From a phage: a stretch of 64,000 bases of DNA. Positions 28,271-38,246 of the stretch are shown piece by piece (the stretch's first letter is position 1; each line of letters starts with the position of its first letter). The notes below the pieces were generated by a model. It had not been told where the DNA came from. It made no database searches and worked only from the letters and a program-made list of their open reading frames with translations. The stretch is from the NCBI GenBank assembly GCA_024674815.1, contig GCA_024674815.1_4104.1; one strand, 5' to 3'. The position numbers and the translations under genes were made by a program.

Positions 28271-28278
28271 TAAAAAAA

Positions 28279-28296
28279 GGTTGGCATAAGCCAACC
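28279..28296 (-). terminator. Rho-independent terminator after sigma-factor gene
   Basis: ggttggcataagccaacc hairpin followed by U-run on minus strand. Confidence 0.65.
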
Positions 28297-28304
28297 CTTG
28301 TTCT

Positions 28305-29270
28305 TTAGAAATCTTCGTATTCGTACCCTTTTGCAAGTACTAACTTCTTAAGCTTTTGCATAGCTTCACTGTACTTTCGATGTATTGATGAACGGGATTT
28401 AACATATTTTCCATTATCATCAACAAAACCATTATCAGCAATCTCACGAAGCGTTTCAGGTTCATATTCACCTAGACCATGAACACGCTGGATAATCTCA
28501 CGTTCTTTAGTACTCAATTCGTTGGTCAGTTCATTGATAGCATAACGCAAAGGTGCACGGATACTATCAACATTGAGGTTAAAATCAGAAGCAGGTGAAT
28601 GAATAATGTCACCTAATGTACCATCTGTAACACCGTCTAATGGTGCATCCAGCGAAGTGTATTCGCTTTGAAATAACAAACAATTATTAACATGCTGAAT
28701 CTCAATCCCAGTACCCTCTGAGATTATTTCAGGAGTTGGGCGAACACCATGTTTACGCATATATTCCTGACAGAATCTTTTTACTTTGATCTTATGAACA
28801 CTCATATAACGTGGGAAGTGTACCATATAGTTAGCGTCAGAACTTTCGTTATAGACTGTCATGTAAATACTAGAAGAAGCATAGGTAATGAACTTAACAT
28901 TCTTATTAAGATCAAAGGTTTTTAGTGCTCTCATGAACCCCTCAACACCATATGAAATCTTATCTTCAAATGGGATATAACAAGTACATTTACTTGCTAC
29001 ATCAATAATCAGTCCATAATTGTAACGAACTAACAGTTCAGTGTTTTTCTTTACATTGATACCAGCTTGAATATCACGAATTAGATCTTCATTGGAAACA
29101 TTTGGTGGTCGCTTAAGTGTAATATTATATTTGAAACTGCTTTGTACTTTACCTTCATTATCATCTTTATCTTCAACGAAATCTAAGGCTTCTAGTGTGT
29201 TGACTTCTTCATTAGCAAAACATTCATCCAGAACTTCTTCGGCAATTGTATTTAAATCAAGCTTTTTCAC
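28305..29270 (-). CDS. sigma-70-family RNA polymerase sigma factor
   Basis: Region-2-like YGVEGFMRALKTFD...KFITYA; region-4-like C-terminus; 321 aa. Confidence 0.6.
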   Translation of the reverse strand: MKKLDLNTIAEEVLDECFANEEVNTLEALDFVEDKDDNEGKVQSSFKYNITLKRPPNVSNEDLIRDIQAGINVKKNTELLVRYNYGLIIDVASKCTCYIPFEDKISYGVEGFMRALKTFDLNKNVKFITYASSSIYMTVYNESSDANYMVHFPRYMSVHKIKVKRFCQEYMRKHGVRPTPEIISEGTGIEIQHVNNCLLFQSEYTSLDAPLDGVTDGTLGDIIHSPASDFNLNVDSIRAPLRYAINELTNELSTKEREIIQRVHGLGEYEPETLREIADNGFVDDNGKYVKSRSSIHRKYSEAMQKLKKLVLAKGYEYEDF

Positions 29271-29291
29271 TTACATCTCCTAATGACGAAA

Positions 29292-29789
29292 TCAAAATCG
29301 ATATACATTAATATTATCATCTGTGAAGCAATCATGGTTGTGCACATCCATGAAAGTACTAAACACTTTATCATATAAAGTTGTATGTTCTTCATGAATA
29401 GCAGCATCTAGCATGTATTCTCCACCACTTCCCATAAAGAAAGTGTAGTCTTCATGTAGGTATTCAAGTTTTTTAATAAACTTTCCTTTAGTTAAAATCA
29501 TATGAATAACATAATCTTTAGAAAGAAGCACACAATGGCAACTTAACTTTCTGTCAGGTATAACTGGTACTTTATTAATTAACCAATCCAGTACTTTATC
29601 AATTTCACTTACTACCCCACTAGCACTGAATAAACGGTCATGTACATATAAAGTTTTTTGATTAACAACTCCATATTGATATTTTGGTCTTAGTGGGAAA
29701 AAACCAAATAAGTTTCGTGGTATAGTTGACGTAACTCTAGAATCGGTAATCAATAAATTTAATCGTTTATCAATATAAACAGTTGTCAT
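29292..29789 (-). CDS. hypothetical protein
   Basis: 165-aa ORF. Confidence 0.6.
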   Translation of the reverse strand: MTTVYIDKRLNLLITDSRVTSTIPRNLFGFFPLRPKYQYGVVNQKTLYVHDRLFSASGVVSEIDKVLDWLINKVPVIPDRKLSCHCVLLSKDYVIHMILTKGKFIKKLEYLHEDYTFFMGSGGEYMLDAAIHEEHTTLYDKVFSTFMDVHNHDCFTDDNINVYRF

Positions 29790-29790
29790 A

Positions 29791-30210
29791 TTAAACCTTA
29801 TCTAAGAATTTATCGTATATATAAAATTCTTTATCGGTGAATACATTAATTCTAGTATCGAATCTTTGCATCGTGTTCATATACAATGAACTTTTTAAAT
29901 AAAAATACAAAGCAACAAATTCTGATATATGCATATTCTTTTTATTGTTACATAAATTCTTTAGCATTTTGATGCTATCAAATTCTTCTTTATCAAATCT
30001 GTACTGGTAAAAATTATATCTATTGAACTGGCACTCATAGATACGAAGTGCCATTATATCAATACATGCTTGCGATTTACAGTACTTATTCAATACGTCA
30101 TAATCACCCGTACATAATGCTACAAAGATTTTATGTGCAAGTGTAGCTTTTCCTTCAATCGTATGATAACCAAAGAACTTAATGATTAAGTACTGAAGAA
30201 ATCTAAACAT
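29791..30210 (-). CDS. hypothetical protein
   Basis: 139-aa ORF. Confidence 0.6.
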   Translation of the reverse strand: MFRFLQYLIIKFFGYHTIEGKATLAHKIFVALCTGDYDVLNKYCKSQACIDIMALRIYECQFNRYNFYQYRFDKEEFDSIKMLKNLCNNKKNMHISEFVALYFYLKSSLYMNTMQRFDTRINVFTDKEFYIYDKFLDKV

Positions 30211-30215
30211 TTTAT

Positions 30216-30476
30216 TTAGAATTTCTCCGAAATTACAAGTGTATCATCATAATCATCAGCAATATCATGAAGAACTTTTAAGTTACTTTCACCAGAAACG
30301 CTTTTTACTTCGTTCAAAAGATAGTTTAGATCAACTTTAGTTACTTTTTCTGAATCAAACACACAGAAAGTTAATTCAGCGTTTGGACAGATCTTCTTCA
30401 GATTATCAGCAACCACTTGTTTGAAGTTGAAAGATGGGGAAGCAACTAGGTTAACTGCAACGAGAATAGATTTCAT
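30216..30476 (-). CDS. hypothetical protein
   Basis: 86-aa ORF. Confidence 0.5.
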   Translation of the reverse strand: MKSILVAVNLVASPSFNFKQVVADNLKKICPNAELTFCVFDSEKVTKVDLNYLLNEVKSVSGESNLKVLHDIADDYDDTLVISEKF

Positions 30477-30550
30477 AATGTTTTCCTTTCTAGCTGATAA
30501 TTAAATTAGGAGCACATTGTACTCCATATTATTTGTTATGTCAAATACTT

Positions 30551-30802
30551 TTAGATACCAAGTGCAGTAGATAACTCTTTACGTTTGTTATATGAATCAG
30601 ATTCAATCTTACTTTTCTTGTTGAAAAGGGATTCGATATCCTTATAGATTGCTTCGATAGATTTAGTTACTACCCATTCTGATTCTTGAAGCATACCTTG
30701 GAGTCGTGCGTACTCAACTTTGATAGTACTGCGAAGTTCTTCACAAACTTCTTCATTCTTAATTAGTGCAGCACTAAGTTCTTTGACCGTATCGATGTTC
30801 AT
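30551..30802 (-). CDS. hypothetical protein
   Basis: 83-aa ORF. Confidence 0.5.
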   Translation of the reverse strand: MNIDTVKELSAALIKNEEVCEELRSTIKVEYARLQGMLQESEWVVTKSIEAIYKDIESLFNKKSKIESDSYNKRKELSTALGI

Positions 30803-30861
30803 AAGTTCCTTACTCTAATTTGTTTTTAACAAAATAATTATATATAACATACTAAATTATG

Positions 30862-31287
30862 TCAAGTATTTTTAGTACCTTCTTCTGCCATTTTTGTGAT
30901 ATACCAATTAAGTACTGATTTGTGTACCATAAAAAATGTGAATGCAAATATAGCAATAGCTGCTGATGTAACACTATTAGATAATGACCCAAGTTGGATG
31001 TTAGTACCTAAAATAACAATAAATGGATACAACACAATCAATCTACTGTAAGGTTCGTCTCCAGTATCACGGAGAAATCCAAGCCTTTCATGATCCGTAT
31101 CCATAGTGACAATTGGACAGAACATAAGTGCAGACATAAGAGCAATACCAATTTGTGCTACATTGGAAATTGTAAACCACAAAGGATTTAAACCATATGA
31201 AATATTATTTTCTGTACAGTAGTAACCAAACGAATTGAATGCACAAACTAAAAATACAAAAATACAAATCTTATTATAGCCTCTCAT
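30862..31287 (-). CDS. multi-TM membrane protein
   Basis: Hydrophobic helices. Confidence 0.6.
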   Translation of the reverse strand: MRGYNKICIFVFLVCAFNSFGYYCTENNISYGLNPLWFTISNVAQIGIALMSALMFCPIVTMDTDHERLGFLRDTGDEPYSRLIVLYPFIVILGTNIQLGSLSNSVTSAAIAIFAFTFFMVHKSVLNWYITKMAEEGTKNT

Positions 31288-31706
31288 TTGTTTAGTTCCG
31301 TTAATTTTCGTTTAACTTCTAGATCATGAAACTCATCGGCATATGAGTTTTGAACAGTTCTGATGTATTCCAACATAACAAACATAGTTCCACATACCCA
31401 TAGATATGTATAGTAATCAAATACAAATGCATATAACATGCACGGTAATAAAATGAAAGTGTAAACAAAACTATATCGTGTAGTTCCAAATACTTTCAGA
31501 TATAACAAACGTCGATAATCACGGGCAAATGTATTGATGCACACTGAAAATGTAATTAATGTATACCATGAAATACCCTGAATTAAACCTGAAACATTTA
31601 CAAGTTTATGTTCATCGGAAAACCCCAGTGCATTTAGCACTGGAGCCATAACCCAACCAATAATACTAATAAGAAAAAGATATTTTGCATTACTTAGTGT
31701 GAACAT
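31284..31706 (-). CDS. multi-TM membrane protein
   Basis: Hydrophobic helices. Confidence 0.6.
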   Translation of the reverse strand: MFTLSNAKYLFLISIIGWVMAPVLNALGFSDEHKLVNVSGLIQGISWYTLITFSVCINTFARDYRRLLYLKVFGTTRYSFVYTFILLPCMLYAFVFDYYTYLWVCGTMFVMLEYIRTVQNSYADEFHDLEVKRKLTELNK

Positions 31707-31707
31707 A

Positions 31708-32166
31708 TTACTTTAGTCCCCATGCTTTTTTGATTGCATCAACAGAGTTTTGGTCCACTACTTCCTTTTTTTCTGATGTAGTTTGAAGTTTATTAATTAC
31801 ATATTCCTTTGCATCTTTTTCTATCATAAATTTACCATCAACCAACACACCAAAAACTTTAGAATTTCGGGCTGGATATGGATTAATTTCATCAAGAGTA
31901 CGGACTTTCTTATCAACTATAATGGCTTTGATGTAACCAGTTTCAAGTACTGTTGTAATCACAGTCATTTCAATTGCAACTGGTGAATCTTCCCAATACG
32001 CAATCCATTTAGTAAAGCTACGATCAGGTGAATCTTTTGTGCATTTTAATTTAATTGCACTATTAAAAATGTATTGTTTAAAATTGTCATCGACAACTTC
32101 ACTAATACTAAAATAACCTTCACGCTCTTCAACATTACGTTTGAAATTTGTAGCTAATACATCCAT
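31708..32166 (-). CDS. hypothetical protein
   Basis: 152-aa ORF. Confidence 0.6.
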   Translation of the reverse strand: MDVLATNFKRNVEEREGYFSISEVVDDNFKQYIFNSAIKLKCTKDSPDRSFTKWIAYWEDSPVAIEMTVITTVLETGYIKAIIVDKKVRTLDEINPYPARNSKVFGVLVDGKFMIEKDAKEYVINKLQTTSEKKEVVDQNSVDAIKKAWGLK

Positions 32167-32207
32167 TTTCCATCCCCCTTGGGTTACTTGGTGTGTTAAT
32201 TATAATA

Positions 32208-32684
32208 CTAAGAATCTTTGTTGTCAAACTTTTCCCTCAAATATTTTTCTATTAATTTAATTTGTGTTGGTGGTAAGATAAAGTAATCGTACATAGATTT
32301 ACTACCATGTATCGAACAACCTACACTAATACTATAATCATATGGATATAAGTATATTGGGTCTTGTATATCAGGTATGAAAACTATTCTTGATATATTA
32401 CCATTTCCTATTCTTACTTGGACGTTATCATTATTATTAAGATAATTTCTTATACAGTACTCAATTATACCATTTACTTTAGAATCATAACCATAATTTT
32501 TATATTCAGGAAAAATGAAATAGCGTTCATGGTATAGATATGAGCATAGTAACGCTGGGAAAAAATTCCAAAATCCTTCATGTTTTGCAATTGTTTGTGC
32601 ATATTTAAAATGATTAGCATTACTAAAAATATTATACAGCACAAAATACACAAATGGACTTACCAACAACACTATTGTTAACAT
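32208..32684 (-). CDS. hypothetical protein with N-terminal TM anchor
   Basis: 158-aa ORF. Confidence 0.6.
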   Translation of the reverse strand: MLTIVLLVSPFVYFVLYNIFSNANHFKYAQTIAKHEGFWNFFPALLCSYLYHERYFIFPEYKNYGYDSKVNGIIEYCIRNYLNNNDNVQVRIGNGNISRIVFIPDIQDPIYLYPYDYSISVGCSIHGSKSMYDYFILPPTQIKLIEKYLREKFDNKDS

Positions 32685-33145
32685 CAGAAGCCTCTGTATT
32701 TTTCATATACTTCAACGCATTCCATGATTTTGTCATCGTCCATCATATCATAGCCTTGTAGAAATTCTTCTTTATCAACCTTCCCTGCCATCATATCTGT
32801 GTCAGAAATTCTGGAGTCATAGAAGGAATACATATCTTTATAGTACTGGTTTTTGTGCTGCTCAATCTTTACTTTAGCATATCCAGCACAAAATGAAGGA
32901 GATTTAACAACTTCCCATTTATGCTTCTTGATGGGTTTATCATTAGCATGTTTTTCCCTGTATGTCTGACGATAACGTTCACGCATTTCAGGCATGTATT
33001 CGTCAGCAGTACGTTTAGGGGGAGTTTTACCAGTCCCAATAGTTTTAATAGTTTGACGTTGTTCTTCTGCGTGTACTGGGGAAATAAAACATGATGTGCC
33101 AAACAGTACTGCTACGATAACCATAAAATTCTTAAACATAATCAA
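32684..33145 (-). CDS. secreted protein
   Basis: Signal peptide ending SPVHA. Confidence 0.6.
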   Translation of the reverse strand: MIMFKNFMVIVAVLFGTSCFISPVHAEEQRQTIKTIGTGKTPPKRTADEYMPEMRERYRQTYREKHANDKPIKKHKWEVVKSPSFCAGYAKVKIEQHKNQYYKDMYSFYDSRISDTDMMAGKVDKEEFLQGYDMMDDDKIMECVEVYEKYRGF

Positions 33146-33369
33146 ACCTCTTTTACAATAATATCGATTGATACTGGAATTGCAATTTCACTATTACATG
33201 AATACACATCAGCACAGTACTCAATATCTAGAACTTTATAATATTTCTCAAACCCACAAATGGTAAGATTCAACGTTGACCCAACTACTGGGAGTACAGG
33301 AAATGATAAGAACGCAATTTTAGAATGAAATTCTTCATTGATATCTTGATATACAGTTGCAGTAATCAC
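33142..33369 (-). CDS. hypothetical protein
   Basis: 75-aa ORF. Confidence 0.5.
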   Translation of the reverse strand: MITATVYQDINEEFHSKIAFLSFPVLPVVGSTLNLTICGFEKYYKVLDIEYCADVYSCNSEIAIPVSIDIIVKEV

Positions 33370-33950
33370 AATGGTAACTCCTGTAGTGGTTTCATAATAC
33401 CGAGTACTGGGTGATTTTCAATCATTGGTCGCCCTGGTACACCAGTGAGGACAACTGGGATAGAACTAATATCTTTTACATAGTTGAATCCCTCAAACGT
33501 GAACTCTTGTTTTTTCTCATTATACAATACCCATAGTATTACGTCAGCTTTTTTCTGGATATTTTTTAACTGTCGAGTACTAACACATGGTCCAAAGTCA
33601 GTCCATGATTTATACTTGATACCTTTTACTTCAATACGAAGGTTGTTTACCTTAATATCACATTCACCGTCACGTGCTTCATTTTGGAATGCTGGATCGA
33701 TATTAAGTTTAATACCAGTATTGTTTTCAATTTCATTAAAAAGTACTAAAGATGCGTGCTCACACACCATACCAACAAAATGACTATGTGCATGATTAAA
33801 ACCATATGGCGATTTACTTGCTGGAGCCAAAAGTTTATATCTTTCTGATTTTTCAATCGCTTTTGCCATAAAGGAATCAGCTTCATCTTTATATAACTTA
33901 ACAGTCATTTTTCCATTTTTCAGTACTAATCTATTATCAATAACATTCAT
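33366..33950 (-). CDS. hypothetical protein, possible PD-(D/E)xK-like nuclease fold
   Basis: D...EVK spacing in ECDIKVNNLRIEVKG; weak. Confidence 0.55.
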   Translation of the reverse strand: MNVIDNRLVLKNGKMTVKLYKDEADSFMAKAIEKSERYKLLAPASKSPYGFNHAHSHFVGMVCEHASLVLFNEIENNTGIKLNIDPAFQNEARDGECDIKVNNLRIEVKGIKYKSWTDFGPCVSTRQLKNIQKKADVILWVLYNEKKQEFTFEGFNYVKDISSIPVVLTGVPGRPMIENHPVLGIMKPLQELPL

Positions 33951-34066
33951 AAAAACACCTCATTATTCATTCACTACATGATAACACCAAATCATACACC
34001 AGTCAAGCTCATTTTTTGGATATGCATAATAAATACGTTATAATAATTATACCAATGGAGGGATAA

Positions 34067-35221
34067 ATGTCAAGGTCAATTGCTGCGGCTGGACGCTATA
34101 AGTTTGGTGAATGTGGTTATGTTGTTGATGGTGCAATCCTCAACGATGGAACTAGACTAAAAAATATTAGAATCTATCGCCAAAGAAGCCATAGATTATA
34201 TGATTTAGTTGATCCAAGAACTAATATAATATATCGTAAAGTACAAATAACAACTAAAGATAATAAAGGTTATCTATTAAATTACAATAAAACTAATGAC
34301 CAACTATTAAGTGAAATTAATAAAAATTGTTTCTTTGTTCGTGGATATTCTGAAGAGCCACAAGAAACTGATACTGGATTTGTATATAAATTTATGCTAC
34401 ATAAAACAATTTTAGGTAGTTCACAAACCTTGTATCATATGTATACACCTGAATGTGGTATTATAGATCGTGATATAGATAATATTCTCATTTCACCAGT
34501 ATTTGTTGGTAATGACTCAATTAGTGGTAAATTATTCAACACTGGTTCAGAAATTGATACTAACGGTATGGTAATAACAATCGTATTACCAGACGGGACA
34601 GAATACTTTACTACCCAATTTGTTAATGATGCATTTACAATTCCAGTTGATGTTATCACACAATCAGGGAAAGGTACTGCTACGCTCACTTCTCCATATT
34701 ATAACACTAAAGTGGTGGAATTTGATGTTCTTGAAAGTGGTGAGGATATTGATTTTGTTACATCAGTTCTTCTATCCCAATTTGAACCTGTTTCGGAAGG
34801 TGTATTTTCTGCGGTTGTTCCATTTGATGTTCATGATCGTGGACAGTACTTAGCACTTCAAGCATACAGTGGTGACTTATATCAAGTTGGTGTAGATCTT
34901 TCTGTAGACGCAGAAGGTAATATTACTGTGTATCAAACTGATAATTTACCTGTTTCTTTGAGTATAATCGGAAAAACACTGCATACTACTCCTTTCCATA
35001 AAGAATATACTTTAAGTGAGTGGGTTCTCGGTGAAGACTCTATGTACTCTATCTCAGTTCCAGTAACTGAACATGGTAAAGCACTACCACAAGTTCAATT
35101 ATATTCTTCAGACAATCATGTAGTTCATAGTGAAATACAAGTGGATGAAGATGATAATGTAATTCTTAAAGTAGTAGAACCGCTTGACTGCTCAGTCGTA
35201 ATAGTTGGTTACAACGCATAA
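34067..35221 (+). CDS. hypothetical protein (lone plus-strand gene)
   Basis: 384-aa ORF with GGAGGG SD; followed by hairpin terminator. Confidence 0.7.
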   Translation: MSRSIAAAGRYKFGECGYVVDGAILNDGTRLKNIRIYRQRSHRLYDLVDPRTNIIYRKVQITTKDNKGYLLNYNKTNDQLLSEINKNCFFVRGYSEEPQETDTGFVYKFMLHKTILGSSQTLYHMYTPECGIIDRDIDNILISPVFVGNDSISGKLFNTGSEIDTNGMVITIVLPDGTEYFTTQFVNDAFTIPVDVITQSGKGTATLTSPYYNTKVVEFDVLESGEDIDFVTSVLLSQFEPVSEGVFSAVVPFDVHDRGQYLALQAYSGDLYQVGVDLSVDAEGNITVYQTDNLPVSLSIIGKTLHTTPFHKEYTLSEWVLGEDSMYSISVPVTEHGKALPQVQLYSSDNHVVHSEIQVDEDDNVILKVVEPLDCSVVIVGYNA

Positions 35222-35229
35222 TAAAAAAA

Positions 35230-35248
35230 GCCACTACATTGTAGTGGC
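35230..35248. terminator. bidirectional terminator hairpin between convergent genes
   Basis: gccactacattgtagtggc flanked by A-run and T-run. Confidence 0.65.
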
Positions 35249-35263
35249 TTTAATTTTATCTAA

Positions 35264-36076
35264 TTATTTGAAATTGTCACGTAGAACTTCTTCAAGTGTT
35301 TTATCTGGATTGCTAATGGCTACATTATAAATCAATTCTTTAAATGCAGTTAGTGCCTGCTCAGTTGCTTCTGGACCAAAGTTCTCACTAATGCTTTTAA
35401 ACATACTTTGTGCACGTTCTGATTTGATACAACTAGTTACAAACTTGTCAATTTCATTACGAAGCTGCTTAGTTGTCATGTCACCAATGAGCATCTCACT
35501 AATTTCTTTTGGTTCATCTGCACTTGTTCGGACATTCGTAAAACCAAACACATCATCACCTGAGCCAAAGCTACGTTTTTCTTTTTTAGTTTCTTTTACT
35601 GGTTCTTCTTCAACTTCTTGTTCGTATTCTTTAGTAAAGAGATGAGATAGTACATCATCAAGATTTTTAACCATACCGTCAATACGAGATTCAGCATTCT
35701 TGGATACATGTTTGAATGCTTGCTCTAGTGCTTTTTCTTGAATCTGGTCACGAACATTATTAACTACATTACGAAGTTTTTCATTACAGTTGTCTAAAAT
35801 TTCTAATACTTCACCAGTTTTGATTTTTTCCAAAAGTACATCTAAATCAGATTTTACATGTTGTTTTTGACTTACTTCACCATTAAGAATTGAATTCAAT
35901 TCTTTAGCACCTTCAACTGCTTCTTCATGTGTTTTAAATTCAACTGGTACGTCAACACCATCCAGTACAATATTAAGCACTTTACCATCAACGTAGGCGT
36001 AGGAGTAAGATGCTTTTTTGAAAGAAATAGTTTTGAAGAAAATGTTGCTCATATTGATATACTCCTTAATGCCCAC
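35264..36076 (-). CDS. acidic hypothetical protein
   Basis: 270-aa ORF. Confidence 0.65.
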   Translation of the reverse strand: MGIKEYINMSNIFFKTISFKKASYSYAYVDGKVLNIVLDGVDVPVEFKTHEEAVEGAKELNSILNGEVSQKQHVKSDLDVLLEKIKTGEVLEILDNCNEKLRNVVNNVRDQIQEKALEQAFKHVSKNAESRIDGMVKNLDDVLSHLFTKEYEQEVEEEPVKETKKEKRSFGSGDDVFGFTNVRTSADEPKEISEMLIGDMTTKQLRNEIDKFVTSCIKSERAQSMFKSISENFGPEATEQALTAFKELIYNVAISNPDKTLEEVLRDNFK

Positions 36077-36407
36077 TAGCTGGGAAGGTTTTAAACATAT
36101 AGTGACATTGTACTAAATCATCGAACTTCAAGCCGAAGTCTTTAGTACCCATCAGTGTGTGGTAAAAATAATGCGAAATTGTATTAGTTTCAGCGTCTTT
36201 AATATAGATACCAAATTCGGTACAGCAAAACTGAACAACTTCATTATAACTTTCTAACTTGGAAATTACAAGTACTTGATCATAAGAATTTTTATCAAAT
36301 CCAATGATGTACATTTCCTCTGTTTCTGGGTGTACAATCATCCCACCGCGAGAAATAATTTTCTCGAAGTTACTGCTCAAGTACTGAATTGTTGAACTTA
36401 AGTTCAT
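36066..36407 (-). CDS. hypothetical protein
   Basis: 113-aa ORF. Confidence 0.55.
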   Translation of the reverse strand: MNLSSTIQYLSSNFEKIISRGGMIVHPETEEMYIIGFDKNSYDQVLVISKLESYNEVVQFCCTEFGIYIKDAETNTISHYFYHTLMGTKDFGLKFDDLVQCHYMFKTFPASGH

Positions 36408-36620
36408 TTACAACTCCTTACGTATTACTCGTCCGGTAAGATGTTCATCTGTACAGAACTTCATTATAAATGCTTTTAGATGGAAGTCTTCTAAAATTCT
36501 ATATGCTTGCTTTTTCATAACGACTTCCTTCTTCTTCACATCAACAATTATATCATGTTTCTCGTGAAGTTCCTGGATCATTTGATATGAATTCAAACTT
36601 AGTACGCTCATAACCACCAA
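36408..36620 (-). CDS. hypothetical protein (start uncertain)
   Basis: ORF overlapping upstream gene. Confidence 0.4.
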   Translation of the reverse strand: MVVMSVLSLNSYQMIQELHEKHDIIVDVKKKEVVMKKQAYRILEDFHLKAFIMKFCTDEHLTGRVIRKEL

Positions 36621-36927
36621 TGTCCTCCATCTCCCACAAAATTTGAACTGCCACTTCTAATTCGTGGTGAATTTGAAAATAACCATTACTTGCAGTATAG
36701 ATGTAGCCATTTTTAGTAATTGCATAACCCCACTTTTTACTTTGAGAATGCATCTCACGTTTCAACCCATAAGGTGATGGTGGCTTCTTGACTGGTTCTG
36801 GTTCTCGGTTTTCGTTGTAAATCTCTTGTTCGATTCGCAACGCTTTATGATATGAGTATACATGAATCAGACGACAAAGTACAATAGTAATGCAACAAAT
36901 AATTGTAAATGTTATCAAGCTCATCAA
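36553..36927 (-). CDS. hypothetical protein with N-terminal TM
   Basis: 124-aa ORF. Confidence 0.5.
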   Translation of the reverse strand: MMSLITFTIICCITIVLCRLIHVYSYHKALRIEQEIYNENREPEPVKKPPSPYGLKREMHSQSKKWGYAITKNGYIYTASNGYFQIHHELEVAVQILWEMEDIGGYERTKFEFISNDPGTSRET

Positions 36928-37343
36928 TTTGCCCTCTGCCTAGATACATATTCATTAATTGCATCTTCCAAATCATACCCTGACATTTTTACATTATCAA
37001 TTGAAACATGATATTTTTTCAGCACTTTTTGTCCAGCAGTGTTCTCCCATATAGACCCATCAGGCTCAATATGAACTTTATGGTTCAGGATGAAATCGAA
37101 CATTTCTTCTTTTGATAAGTTTGCTTTACGGGTTTCAATGTGATTAGTATTAAGTAATTCACGAGTATGTTTAATGCCATATTCGGTGTGCACACCAACA
37201 CTACGATGCAAAACTTTTAACTGCTCGGTAGCAGTCTCTTCATCATAAACATGAATAGTTTCAGTACTATATAAAATATCCTGAATATTACCAGTACTTA
37301 CTTCTGTCCAAGTGTCTTTGAAATGAATTTTGATTGTTTTCAT
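36924..37343 (-). CDS. hypothetical protein
   Basis: 139-aa ORF. Confidence 0.6.
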   Translation of the reverse strand: MKTIKIHFKDTWTEVSTGNIQDILYSTETIHVYDEETATEQLKVLHRSVGVHTEYGIKHTRELLNTNHIETRKANLSKEEMFDFILNHKVHIEPDGSIWENTAGQKVLKKYHVSIDNVKMSGYDLEDAINEYVSRQRAN

Positions 37344-37354
37344 GGAAGCTCGTA

Positions 37355-37801
37355 TTAGTTATATGCTGTGAATAGGTCAATGTTTTTATCATCTACACTG
37401 ATTAATTTACCAGTTGAACTAACAAACACAATATTACCACCAGGGGTGATTTGAACACGCTGGTTTACTGAATATTGATCACTAAGGTTATAATTAGCCC
37501 ATTCAACTACATAACGCTGTTCAACACCGTTAGTATCATATAGATAAACGTGTGTAACGTCACGCATTTTTAAACGGTCTAACAGTGTAGAGTTGTCCAT
37601 GAAATCCGATGGTGTATTGCTGCGTAATGCAATACCGAACTCACCGATAACAGTACTAATTGTCAGACCGTTTGAAAAACGGCTACAAAGAGTCTTCTCA
37701 TCAGCAATATGCATCCATAAAACATTCTTTACATCAATATCAACAAATTCACAGTTTTCAAAAACCAAACCTACTTTGGAAACTTTACCATTAAATTGCA
37801 T
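37355..37801 (-). CDS. hypothetical protein
   Basis: 148-aa ORF. Confidence 0.6.
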   Translation of the reverse strand: MQFNGKVSKVGLVFENCEFVDIDVKNVLWMHIADEKTLCSRFSNGLTISTVIGEFGIALRSNTPSDFMDNSTLLDRLKMRDVTHVYLYDTNGVEQRYVVEWANYNLSDQYSVNQRVQITPGGNIVFVSSTGKLISVDDKNIDLFTAYN

Positions 37802-38246
37802 TAGTAACTCCTATTTTTTTATATTTTAAAATTAAATCACTCACTGCTTTCATTAGCTTATATGGAATAGCTAACTCTTGAACAGTACTTTCCATAAAAT
37901 GTTCTTCTTCTGTATCATAAAATGTTGAACTACAGTGTTCACAATCATCTATACTATCATAAAAAGAAGACGTAAGTTTATCAACAATGACAGTGATTTG
38001 TTTGTCAGTTTTGGTACATCCTACCTGAACGGTTAATCCAATATCATCAGCCTCTACACGAATTATAAACGAATTATTAGTATAGTTCAGCCAACAATCT
38101 TCACCAAAGTATACAACACTGTGTTTCTTCTGAAATGAAGTTGCGGTGTTAAGAACACCAATAACAACATCAACTGTTTTTTCATTTAAAATATTAGACA
38201 TTTTTATTCCTGCTTCGTATGTTTCGTGAAATCTCAAATATTCCAT
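37791..38246 (-). CDS. EE-FQ-S motif family paralog
   Basis: C-terminal TEEEHFMESTVQE. Confidence 0.6.
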   Translation of the reverse strand: MEYLRFHETYEAGIKMSNILNEKTVDVVIGVLNTATSFQKKHSVVYFGEDCWLNYTNNSFIIRVEADDIGLTVQVGCTKTDKQITVIVDKLTSSFYDSIDDCEHCSSTFYDTEEEHFMESTVQELAIPYKLMKAVSDLILKYKKIGVTNAI

